NCBI GenBank assembly: GCA_963806325.1
Contig: CAWDXL010000006.1
Span: forward strand, 1-61,382
Length of the DNA: 61,382 nt
From: Candidatus Parcubacteria bacterium
GTDB taxonomy: Bacteria; Patescibacteriota; Minisyncoccia; Phycocordibacterales; JAKAEA01
Reading direction: 5' to 3'
A program made the position numbers and the translations under genes. The stretch's first letter is position 1. Each line of letters begins with the position of its first letter. Below the pieces are notes generated by a model, which saw only the letters and a program-made list of their open reading frames with translations, searched no databases and was not told where the DNA came from. This document shows positions 19,326-27,912 of this stretch, one piece after another.

Positions 19326-19748
19326 ATGGCAAAGAAAATTACAAAACAGCTCAAACTCATGATTCCCGGCGGCAAAGCCGTTCCTGGTCAGCAGCTCGGC
19401 CCTGCGCTCGGCTCAGCTGGTATCAACATTGGCGAATTCGTTAAGCGTTTCAACGACGAGACAAAAGGCCGCGTTGGCGAAACTGTCCCTACCGTTATTT
19501 CAGTTTATGAAGACCGTACCTACCTCCTCACCTACAAAGTGGAGCCTATGTCAGGCCTCATTTTGAAAGCGATGGGCAAGGAAAAGGGTTCAGGAAAGCC
19601 AAATACTGCAAAGATTGGTTCTATCAGCAAAGCTCAGGTAAAGCAGATCGCAGAGAAGAAAATGCCCGACCTCAATGCAGGCTCGATCGAAGCCGCTATG
19701 CGCATCGTCGAAGGATCGGCCCGCTCGATGGGAGTAGATATTAAATAA
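19326..19748 (+). CDS. rplK: 50S ribosomal protein L11
   Basis: LGPALG..GINIGEF..FN, KMPDLNA and GSARSMG. Confidence 0.97.
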   Translation: MAKKITKQLKLMIPGGKAVPGQQLGPALGSAGINIGEFVKRFNDETKGRVGETVPTVISVYEDRTYLLTYKVEPMSGLILKAMGKEKGSGKPNTAKIGSISKAQVKQIAEKKMPDLNAGSIEAAMRIVEGSARSMGVDIK

Positions 19749-19756
19749 CACTTCAA

Positions 19757-19792
19757 CAAAAACTGCTCGGATTCATTTCCGGGCAGTTTTTG
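19757..19792 (+). terminator. Intrinsic terminator after rplK
   Basis: CAAAAACTGCTCGG...CCGGGCAGTTTTTG inverted repeat. Confidence 0.75.
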
Positions 19793-19848
19793 TTTGATTC
19801 TAAAATCCTTTTGCTTTTTCCATATCCCTGCCGTATGATTGAGGCACT

Positions 19849-20454
19849 ATGAAAAATTCAGGACTGGCGATAAGCTCGGGAATATTTAGCCCGGAATCAA
19901 ATTTTAAAGAGCGTTTTTTCTCGGATTATAAGAAAATAAGGCACATTGTCGGGCATTTTCGCGGCCTTGGCTGCAAAATTGTGCTCACGCAGGGTTCATA
20001 CGATATGGTGCACATTGGCCACGCCCGCTATCTTGAAGAGGCCAAGCGTCACGGAGATTTTCTTATTGTCGGTGTCGACAGCGACGAAAAAATCAGATTT
20101 CGAAAAGGACCCGATAGGCCGGTAGTGCCCGAAGCGGAGCGCCTTGAGATGCTGACGCATCTGCGGTGTGTCGACGCAGTCTTTCTAAAACAGCTCAAAG
20201 CAAAAAAGTGGGAGCTCATCAGGACAATCGAGCCTGACGTGCTTGTCGCGACCAAGGAAACATATAACGATAAGCAGCTGAAAGAGCTGGAAAAATACTG
20301 CGGCAAAATTGTCGTGCTCAATCCTCAGGCTACGACATCAACAAGCGCAAAAATCCGCCGCCTTCAGATGGGTACCGCCCAAAAAATAGGGGAAGCGCTC
20401 ACGCCAAAGCTTGTAGCTACTATCGAAGAAGTGTTAAATCAGATTAAGTCTTAA
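19849..20454 (+). CDS. Cytidylyltransferase-like (RfaE/TagD family) nucleotidyltransferase
   Basis: GSYDMVHIGHARYL, GVDSD, KGPDRP..ERLEML and TTSTSAKI. Confidence 0.85.
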   Translation: MKNSGLAISSGIFSPESNFKERFFSDYKKIRHIVGHFRGLGCKIVLTQGSYDMVHIGHARYLEEAKRHGDFLIVGVDSDEKIRFRKGPDRPVVPEAERLEMLTHLRCVDAVFLKQLKAKKWELIRTIEPDVLVATKETYNDKQLKELEKYCGKIVVLNPQATTSTSAKIRRLQMGTAQKIGEALTPKLVATIEEVLNQIKS

Positions 20455-20508
20455 TATAAATTTTTTCTAAATTAGAATCAGAAATAGGCTCATTGTTTTA
20501 TAAAACTC

Positions 20509-21429
20509 ATGGAAAAAATCATTATTGCCTATGTACCCGTTTTGCATGATGGTTACCGGAAATTTTTTGAACGGCACAATGATGCATCTGTAATTTATAT
20601 TTTAGGCAAAGATCTCATCAGCCAAGTCTACTATCTTTCAAAAGAAATTCGCGAGCTCGATCCTGAGCTTATGGTGAAAGCCATTGATTCTCTGAAAATC
20701 ATTCCTCATGTACAGGTAAAAATCATAGCAGAAGAAATTCTTAAAGATTTTGCAAAAAAAGATGCAAAAAAGCTTGAAATAATTATGCCGGACGAGGATG
20801 TCTCAAGGCTTATTGCTGAAAAATATTTAGGAAATCAGCAGGTGATTTTTGACACCATATTTCTCCGCTGGGACAAGCACAATACGGTGCTCGAAAAGCC
20901 TGTCATCCCCGACAATATGATATCGAAAAAAGAGTTTGATATTAAGATTTTAAATATAGCAGAAAAAGAAGCTGAAAAAAGTTCCGACTGGTGGCGCAGG
21001 GTGGGGACGGCGGTTGTGCGAGACGGTAGCATTATCATTCAGACTCACAATGCTCATGTGCCGTCGGAACATACGCCATATGTAAACGGTGACCCTCGCA
21101 ATGCATTCAGCAAAGGGATAAATATTGAGCTTGGCACGAGCATTCATGCCGAAGCTTGCGCTGTCGCAGAAGCTGCTCGAAAGGGAATTACCCTTGAAGG
21201 AGCTGATATGTACGTCTCCGTTTTTCCATGTCCGCCGTGTGCCAAGCTTATCGCTTATTCAGGCATCAAAACACTCTATTGTGGCGGGGGATACGGAATC
21301 CTCGACGGCCAGGATATTTTGAAATCAAAAGGTGTGAAAATAATTTTTGTAGAAAATGAAAAAGAATTAGGCAAAGAAGGTGATTCAAATAAGAAAACAG
21401 AAAAAAAGTGGGAGGGGTATAAAAAGTAA
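20509..21429 (+). CDS. dCMP deaminase-family protein with extra N-terminal domain
   Basis: HAE and PCPPC zinc motifs; SSDWWRRVG; N-terminus IIIAYVPVLHDGY. Confidence 0.8.
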   Translation: MEKIIIAYVPVLHDGYRKFFERHNDASVIYILGKDLISQVYYLSKEIRELDPELMVKAIDSLKIIPHVQVKIIAEEILKDFAKKDAKKLEIIMPDEDVSRLIAEKYLGNQQVIFDTIFLRWDKHNTVLEKPVIPDNMISKKEFDIKILNIAEKEAEKSSDWWRRVGTAVVRDGSIIIQTHNAHVPSEHTPYVNGDPRNAFSKGINIELGTSIHAEACAVAEAARKGITLEGADMYVSVFPCPPCAKLIAYSGIKTLYCGGGYGILDGQDILKSKGVKIIFVENEKELGKEGDSNKKTEKKWEGYKK

Positions 21430-21440
21430 AGAATAAAAGA

Positions 21441-21471
21441 ACCGCCGACTGTGCAGTGCACAGTCGGCGGT
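21441..21471. terminator. Perfect 14-bp hairpin between convergent genes
   Basis: ACCGCCGACTGTGC-AGT-GCACAGTCGGCGGT. Confidence 0.7.
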
Positions 21472-21497
21472 CATGTTCTCCTTTTTAACCCTTATTT

Positions 21498-22136
21498 TTA
21501 TGTTGTTGAGGCGACGAGTCCTGGCACCTTACGATCTTTGACCCGATCTCGATCTTCGTCCGTGAGTCCAGTTGTGTCGCCGTTTGCCAACCGGATCTTT
21601 TCCATGACGATTGCGGACATGAGACTCCTTGCATCAGCATCCGCTCCCTTATAAAAGGGTGATTCCACTCGGCCAGTGCCGTCGGGTACCATGATGTGGA
21701 AATGAAGATGTTGGATGCTTCCTGCGCCCAATCTCGCATCTCCATCGCGAACGAGTTCGCCCCGGCTTGTATAGCCGAATTGCGCTTTCAGCTGTCGCTT
21801 CATCGCGAGGAATGCCCGTTCTTCGCGTTCGGTCAGCTCTACTGAGTCGGTGACATGCCGTTTCGGAGCAAGCATGATATGGAGCTTGGTGAATGCTTCC
21901 GGCGACGTGCTATACCATGATCGGAAGAGGTCGCTCTCCATGATCAGCTTGTTTCGATTGGAATCGAATTGGCAGAAAGGGCAGTGACCTGAGATTGCAT
22001 CTGTGATTGCGTCGCAATATTGCCTGTATGACCGCGCTCGTGAGATGCATACCAGAGTGGTAGAATCTGTGACTCCAGGGATGGACAATTGTCCGATGAC
22101 TCCTGGCAACGTTAGGACAGCGTCTTGCTGCTCCAT
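21498..22136 (-). CDS. HIT-family protein 1
   Basis: CPFC, KLHIMLAPKRH and IQHLHFHI; GAGGAG SD before ATG at 22136. Confidence 0.75.
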   Translation of the reverse strand: MEQQDAVLTLPGVIGQLSIPGVTDSTTLVCISRARSYRQYCDAITDAISGHCPFCQFDSNRNKLIMESDLFRSWYSTSPEAFTKLHIMLAPKRHVTDSVELTEREERAFLAMKRQLKAQFGYTSRGELVRDGDARLGAGSIQHLHFHIMVPDGTGRVESPFYKGADADARSLMSAIVMEKIRLANGDTTGLTDEDRDRVKDRKVPGLVASTT

Positions 22137-22217
22137 AAATATCTCCTCAAAAAGGTTAAAAATAACAATGCGCACTCAACGCAACTGCGATTAAAATAAA
22201 CACTTTCAGGAGAAAAG

Positions 22218-23184
22218 TCAATAATTTTCCTGTTTCTTTTTCGATTGGCCAATTTTGAATCGGACCGGTTCTGCATCGGGATTATCTGCGTCAGGTACGA
22301 TAAACTGAGCATGCAGATGTCTCACTGTTCCGCCGGAATATCGCATGTCGCCGAAACGCATAGCAAACCCTCCGCCTAAAATTCTATTTGATCGCTCTGC
22401 CCACTGAAAGAGTTCAAAAAGCTCCGCGCCTTCTTCGGGCGTAAGCTCACCGAGGCGCTCCGCGTGTTTTTTTAAAATAGCCAAAAGGTGCAATTTTGTG
22501 CCTTCATAAGGCCACTGATTTTTGGTCAGTATCCAGTATTTTCCTTCTTTCAGGATTGGTTCTTTGTGATATTTTCTCAGATTTTCTACACAGAAAGGGC
22601 AGTGTTTTTCATTCTTGATATTTTCCATGACTTCTCGCTGATCGTCGTGTCGAGCATTTCCAAGAAAAACAAAATTTGAGGCTTCCTCGGCATTTTTTAC
22701 ATACTCCTCAAAGCTATAATTGTACTGATTTTTTTCATCAGCAGAATGCTTTTCTGAGGCTGTTAGTTTCCAGTGTTTTGGATCATACGCTGGGAAAAAA
22801 GCATCCCCATCTGCTGTGGTGTGGACTTTTGTAATATACATTTTATCAGCATAGGGAAGCGCGAGAATATAAATATATGCTCCGCCAATGACGAAAACTT
22901 CTTCAGTTGCTGCTGCTTTTACGGCTTTCTCGAACGTATCCACAACGATGCAGTCGGGAGCTTTAAAATCTTTTTGTCTGGTGATGATAATATTTTGGCG
23001 GTCTGGAAGCGGCTTTCCGAGGCGGGCAACTATAGATTCATAAGTTTTCCTGCCCATAATAACCGAATGGTTTTTTGTAAGAGAAGAAAAATGTTTCAAG
23101 TCGGCGGATACACGCCACGGCAGCTCATTGTTTTTTCCAATGACGCCATTTTCTGAAAACTGCTGCAATAATAGAAATACTCAT
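22218..23184 (-). CDS. folA: Dihydrofolate reductase fused to a C-terminal HIT domain (indel near the start)
   Basis: MSISIIAAV/ENGVIGKNNELPW, IMGRKTYES, LPDRQNII, VIGGA and GDAFFP, then CPFC...VRHLHAQF in one frame. Confidence 0.9.
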
Positions 23185-23188
23185 GAGA

Positions 23189-24103
23189 TTAAATAGCGAC
23201 CGGAATGCCTTTAATGCCGGGGTGCGGATTGTAATCCGACAATTCGAAATCTTCTTTTCTGAAATCAAAAAGATCTGTTTTGTTTTTGTTGAACGTGACG
23301 GTGGCAAGCGGTCGAGCTTCGCGTGCAAGCATCGTCTCTACAGCCGGCACTTGGTCAACATATATATGCGCATCGGAAAAGCTGTGAATGTATTCGTAGG
23401 GAATGGTACCGGTGACATGGGCGAGCACCACAGTGAGTGCGGCGTATTGCACCATATTTGACGGTACGCCAACGGGCACATCAGCCGAGCGCTGAAACAT
23501 GTGCAGCGAAAGCTTGTTTTCAATAATGCGGACATGGATCCAGCCGTGGCATGGACAGACGACAACTTTCTGCCGTTTGCCTTTGCCTCGGCCCATATAT
23601 TGCGGAATCCACGGCGTAATAAAATGCGTGCGCAGCTGCGGCTCTTCTTTGATCTGCTCCACGAGATGCTTGAATTGATTGAATGTGCCGCCATCAATCA
23701 TCGGAAAATCATGAAAGGCTGCGCCGTATGAGCCGGGGCCGAGATCGCCGGCCGGAAGCCCGCGCTTAGCGCATTTTTCTGGCGTGGCCCACGACTTCCA
23801 CCAATAGCAGCCGAATTTTTCCAATTCTTCCGTGGTGCGCGCACCGTTGATAAAGCCAAAAATTTCAGCGATAGCCTGCTGCCAGACGGTAACCGGCAGA
23901 TTTTCTGAAACTTTTGGATTCATATTGCGTTCGTTGATGATAGGAAAGCCATTGTCGAGCTTGAAGTGAAGCGGTGCAGGACCTATGAGAGTGAGAGCGT
24001 CGACACCCTGCTGGCTCGGCGTGCGTACGCCTTTTTCGAGAATATCTTTTAAAAGCCGTTGATATTGGCTGTCGGCGGTGCGCTCTGCAAGTGGTTTATA
24101 CAT
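23189..24103 (-). CDS. thyA: Thymidylate synthase
   Basis: GPGSYG, PCHG, QRSAD..GVPSN and DAHIY motifs. Confidence 0.93.
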   Translation of the reverse strand: MYKPLAERTADSQYQRLLKDILEKGVRTPSQQGVDALTLIGPAPLHFKLDNGFPIINERNMNPKVSENLPVTVWQQAIAEIFGFINGARTTEELEKFGCYWWKSWATPEKCAKRGLPAGDLGPGSYGAAFHDFPMIDGGTFNQFKHLVEQIKEEPQLRTHFITPWIPQYMGRGKGKRQKVVVCPCHGWIHVRIIENKLSLHMFQRSADVPVGVPSNMVQYAALTVVLAHVTGTIPYEYIHSFSDAHIYVDQVPAVETMLAREARPLATVTFNKNKTDLFDFRKEDFELSDYNPHPGIKGIPVAI

Positions 24104-24155
24104 GGCCTTTAAATTATGAATAGGTGTCTTTATTGTATCTGCTTATAAAAATATG

Positions 24156-24185
24156 AAAAGCCCTGGTTTTTGATCAGGGCTTTTT
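24156..24185. terminator. Hairpin terminator
   Basis: AAAAGCCCTG...CAGGGCTTTT inverted repeat. Confidence 0.65.
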
Positions 24186-24221
24186 GAGGAATAAGGAACT
24201 TACTTATGTAGACTGCAGGCT

Positions 24222-24937
24222 TCAGATTGCTCCAGCGCGACGGGCAAGCATCATCGATCCTCGAAGCAGGGAATCTGGTGTGCCGAGATCAATGTACGAA
24301 TTGGGCGGCAGCATGGTATGGGTCATGAGACCTTCTTCCACATACTGTCGCGAAATATCACCAATATGAATTTCGTTCTGAGTCTTGGTGGCCAGGGCGC
24401 GGGCTCTAGCGTAGACATCGGGCGGGAAGAACCATGTGGCCGTCTGGATGATATGGCTGAACTCAGCCTTTGTTTTTTGCGGATATCAACAACTCGATCA
24501 CCATCTACCTTGACCTGTCCGTATTTTGATGGATCGTCAATGCCGTCTAATGACATTGTCCAGATGTGCGGCGGAACGATATTGGTGAAATTAAGCGGAT
24601 GCAGATACAAGCTGTCGCCCAGCATGACTACAAACGGCTCGTTGCCCGTGTAGTGGCGGGCAATGCAGAGTTCTCGGCCGGGGCCGTTCACTTCGCGTAC
24701 ATAGGTATAGCAGATATGACACCCGAAACAGCGGCCGTCTTCCAAGATTTCTAAAATTGTTTCTGGATGACGGTTGTTTAGCATGACGAGGATATCATCA
24801 ATGCCGCTCGCCGCAAGCGTCTGGACAACATGCGAGATCATCGGCTGATCATACACTGGCAAAGCATGCTTGTTTTGCAAGCCTTTGGCGCAGGACAGCC
24901 TCGTTCCTTGGCCACCGGCAAATACAACTGCTTTCAT
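24222..24937 (-). CDS. Sugar-phosphate nucleotidyltransferase (RmlA-like), frameshifted near 24465
   Basis: AGGQGTRL, NKHALPVYDQPMI, LGD, PSKYG and C-terminal YIDLGTPDSL. Confidence 0.8.
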
Positions 24938-24938
24938 C

Positions 24939-25496
24939 TTAATCCTTTCTGCCAAGTGTTTTAGACAAGGCGCGTAAAAGCGTGTTACGAGCTTTCTTGA
25001 TGGGAACTGGAAACACGATAAGTTTTGGTTTGTCTTCGGTTATTGTAAAGAAATGTCCGAGCTTGTCAAAGCCGCGCAATGGATCGCTCGGCTGAGAAGG
25101 GACGATATGCCAATGAAGGTGAGCAATGCTTCCTTCTGAGCCTGCCCCGGTCTGAAGAAAAATTTCAATGCCTGCGCCATGATATAATTTTTGCAAAGCT
25201 TCCGCTGCGATCACGATCAATTCTTCGCGATCTTTTATTTCCTGAGCAGACTCTGTTCCGAGTTTTATTACGTGTCTTTTCGGAACGATCATAGTGTGCC
25301 CTTCGAATTTTGGATACATATTCACTATCCATCTGTAGTTTTTATTTTCGACCAAGATGCTGTCAGAGTATTTCACCGACTGTTTAGCCATATTTTTTGC
25401 GTTGCAGAAAGGGCAGTCTGAATCCGTTTTTCTTCCCTTGTACTTATTCCTGAACGGGGTGTAATAATAGGCCATATTTTTAGGTGTGTATGCCAT
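24939..25496 (-). CDS. HIT-family protein 3
   Basis: CPFC, N.YPKFEGHTMIVPKRH and SIAHLHWHIVP. Confidence 0.85.
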   Translation of the reverse strand: MAYTPKNMAYYYTPFRNKYKGRKTDSDCPFCNAKNMAKQSVKYSDSILVENKNYRWIVNMYPKFEGHTMIVPKRHVIKLGTESAQEIKDREELIVIAAEALQKLYHGAGIEIFLQTGAGSEGSIAHLHWHIVPSQPSDPLRGFDKLGHFFTITEDKPKLIVFPVPIKKARNTLLRALSKTLGRKD

Positions 25497-25576
25497 AATA
25501 GTACGCACTACTAGAGTAAAAGCAATATGTGATAATATAGTTGTATTATCCAATTTGGTTTCTAACAGTACTGTCA

Positions 25577-26752
25577 ATGAAAGACAAGCAAATAGAAAAG
25601 TTGATCAAAGAAGAGAAGACCCGTCAAAAAAAAGTTATCAATCTTATCGCGTCTGAAAATTATGTTTCCGACGATGTGCTCAAAGCGCTCGGCTCCGAGC
25701 TCACCAATAAATACGCCGAAGGCTATTCCGGCAAGCGCTACTACGGCGGACAAAAATTTATCGATCAGATCGAAGACTTGGCAAAAGCGCGGGCGCTCAA
25801 GCTTTTTAAATTGTCGCCTGAAAAATGGCATGTGAATGTCCAGCCTCTTTCCGGCTCACCGGCCAATCTTGCGGTATATGTTGCGCTCGTTCCTGCGGGC
25901 GGAAAAATCATGGGCATGAGTCTCGATAATGGCGGACATCTCACACACGGTCACAAAGTATCAGCGACGGGGAAATTCTGGGTGCAGGTACCATACGGCG
26001 TCCATGAAAAGACGGAACAGATTGATTATGATGAAATAAAAAAGATTGCGGAAGAACAGAAGCCGAATGTCATTGTTGCCGGCTTTACAGCCTATCCCCG
26101 CAGAGTGGATTTCAAGAAATTCCGGGATATTGCCGATGCGTGCGGCGCAATTTTAATGGTGGACATGTCGCATTTTGCCGGTCTTGTAGCGGGCGAAGCA
26201 TATCCAAGTCCGTTTGAGTATGCTGATGTGGTGACGACGACGGTTCACAAAACGCTCCGCGGCCCGCGCAGCGCACTCATTTTTGCTAAAAAAGATGCAC
26301 GAGAATTAGATAAAAAAATAGATAAGGCGGTATTTCCAGGCCTTCAAGGCGGACCGCATATGAATCAAATTGCCGCAGTTGCAGTCGCTCTCAAAGAAGC
26401 AGCTACTCCTGCGTTTAAAAAATATGCAAAGCAAATCGTGAAAAATGCTGCGGTGCTCGGAGAGGAATTGAAAAAGAAAGGCTGGAAAATTGTTTCCGGC
26501 GGCACCGATAGCCATCTTTTGCTCGTAGACACGTGGATGAATGGCTTGGGAGTATCAGGCAAAGAGGCGAGCGAGCTTTTGGAAAAGGCCGGCATCATTG
26601 TCAATAAAAATACGATTCCCGGCGAAAAGCGCAGCCCAATGGATCCGTCAGGCATCCGCCTCGGTACTGCTGCCGAGACGACTCGCGGCAAGAAAGAGAA
26701 GGATATGAAAAAAATCGCCGAGCTGATTGATAAAGTGCTGAAGAAGAAGTAA
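25577..26752 (+). CDS. glyA: Serine hydroxymethyltransferase
   Basis: LIASENY, NKYAEGY, GGHLTHG, TTTVHKTLRGPR and FPGLQGGPH. Confidence 0.97.
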   Translation: MKDKQIEKLIKEEKTRQKKVINLIASENYVSDDVLKALGSELTNKYAEGYSGKRYYGGQKFIDQIEDLAKARALKLFKLSPEKWHVNVQPLSGSPANLAVYVALVPAGGKIMGMSLDNGGHLTHGHKVSATGKFWVQVPYGVHEKTEQIDYDEIKKIAEEQKPNVIVAGFTAYPRRVDFKKFRDIADACGAILMVDMSHFAGLVAGEAYPSPFEYADVVTTTVHKTLRGPRSALIFAKKDARELDKKIDKAVFPGLQGGPHMNQIAAVAVALKEAATPAFKKYAKQIVKNAAVLGEELKKKGWKIVSGGTDSHLLLVDTWMNGLGVSGKEASELLEKAGIIVNKNTIPGEKRSPMDPSGIRLGTAAETTRGKKEKDMKKIAELIDKVLKKK

Positions 26753-26760
26753 CAAAATCC

Positions 26761-26783
26761 TAAGGTCACAATTTGTGACCTTA
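26761..26783. repeat. GGTCACAATTTGTGACC palindrome, copy 1
   Basis: TAAGGTCACAA-T-TTGTGACCTTA, 11-bp arms. Confidence 0.9.
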
Positions 26784-26795
26784 AACAAAACGCCC

Positions 26796-27311
26796 TCATT
26801 GGGTGTTAAATCCTATTGGAGGTTTTTCCGGTATCTCTGGTTGAGTCATTATTTCGCGCAGTGCATCGAAGACTATTTTGAATTGTTTATTATATTTTTG
26901 TTCAAGTTCTTCAAGTTTATAAGCCAGATGGGTACTATTTGAAAGTATATTCCGAAGCTGAATAAAAGTTTTTATAATTGTAATGCTTACTTCTACCGCA
27001 TGTTGATTGTTTAGAATTGTTGCTACCATAAGGGCTCCATATTCAGTAAAAGCATACGGTAATTGTGATGAGAATTTTAAGGCAGAGAGGTGGTCACATT
27101 TTGTGACCACCTCAAGTTTTTCTGATTGAGTTAGTTGAAACATGAAATCAGCTGGAAATCGGGCACTATTACGTTTGGTAGCTTGATTTATAACTTTAGT
27201 AGTAGTGTTGTAAAGTCTTGCTAGATCATAATCAATAATTACCTTTTGATTTCTTAGTAGAAGAATAACCCGATTGATTTTTTCAGGGAAAATTATTTGT
27301 GGTGAATTCAT
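26796..27311 (-). CDS. ORF6N (KilA-N-like) DNA-binding protein
   Basis: LRNQKVIIDYDLARLY, INQATKRNSARFPADFMFQLT and PYAFTEYG...KPPIGF. Confidence 0.9.
   Translation of the reverse strand: MNSPQIIFPEKINRVILLLRNQKVIIDYDLARLYNTTTKVINQATKRNSARFPADFMFQLTQSEKLEVVTKCDHLSALKFSSQLPYAFTEYGALMVATILNNQHAVEVSITIIKTFIQLRNILSNSTHLAYKLEELEQKYNKQFKIVFDALREIMTQPEIPEKPPIGFNTQ
27087..27113. repeat. Palindrome copy 2, inside the ORF6N coding sequence
   Basis: GAGGTGGTCACA-TTT-TGTGACCACCTC, encoding EVVTKCDHL. Confidence 0.85.
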
Positions 27312-27367
27312 ATGATTTTTTGATAAACAGTATCATATTGAATATGAAGAAAATCTCAAGAAAAGAT

Positions 27368-27402
27368 AAAACTTGAGGTCACAATTTGTGACCTCAAGTT
27401 TT
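27368..27402. repeat. Palindrome copy 3, between the divergent ORF6N and dut starts
   Basis: AAAACTTGAGGTCACAA-T-TTGTGACCTCAAGTTTT, 17-bp arms. Confidence 0.9.
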
Positions 27403-27444
27403 GAATAATCTTTAAAATTCTCAGCAGTATGCTAGGATGACTAC

Positions 27445-27873
27445 ATGACACTTGAGCTAAAGGTTAAAAAAATCGTCTCTGACGCAAAACTGCCCGCCTA
27501 TGCACATCCAGGTGATGCGGGGTTTGATCTATATACTTCGGAAGCTATTTCTCTAAAGCCTGGAGAGCGGGTGCAGGTGCCTACAGGTATTGCCATGGAA
27601 ATACCTGATGGGTTTGTTGGCCTCATTTGGGACAAGAGTGGTTTGTCGCACAAGTTTGGTCTGAAAACGCTTGGCGGCGTCATTGATGCCGGCTATCGCG
27701 GCGAGGTGAAGGTGGGTATGATAAACTTAAGTAAAGAGCTTTATACATTTGAAAAAGGGCACAAAGTTGCCCAGATGATTATTCAGAAAAGGGAAGAGCC
27801 AACAATCATCGAAGTATCAGAGCTCGATGATTCGGAGCGGGGAACAGGCGGATTTGGCAGCACGGGAAAATAA
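27445..27873 (+). CDS. dut: dUTP diphosphatase
   Basis: GDAGFDL, KSGL, GVIDAGYRGE and RGTGGFGSTG. Confidence 0.97.
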   Translation: MTLELKVKKIVSDAKLPAYAHPGDAGFDLYTSEAISLKPGERVQVPTGIAMEIPDGFVGLIWDKSGLSHKFGLKTLGGVIDAGYRGEVKVGMINLSKELYTFEKGHKVAQMIIQKREEPTIIEVSELDDSERGTGGFGSTGK

Positions 27874-27912
27874 AATTGTAGAAAAGAGGAATGAATTTTA
27901 CGATAGAACTGT

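Noticed and set aside
23189-24103. ThyA homolog as a dCMP hydroxymethylase or DNA hypermodification enzyme
   Set aside because: The specificity residue is Asn (GVPSN), as in dUMP-specific ThyA, and folA, glyA and dut are adjacent.
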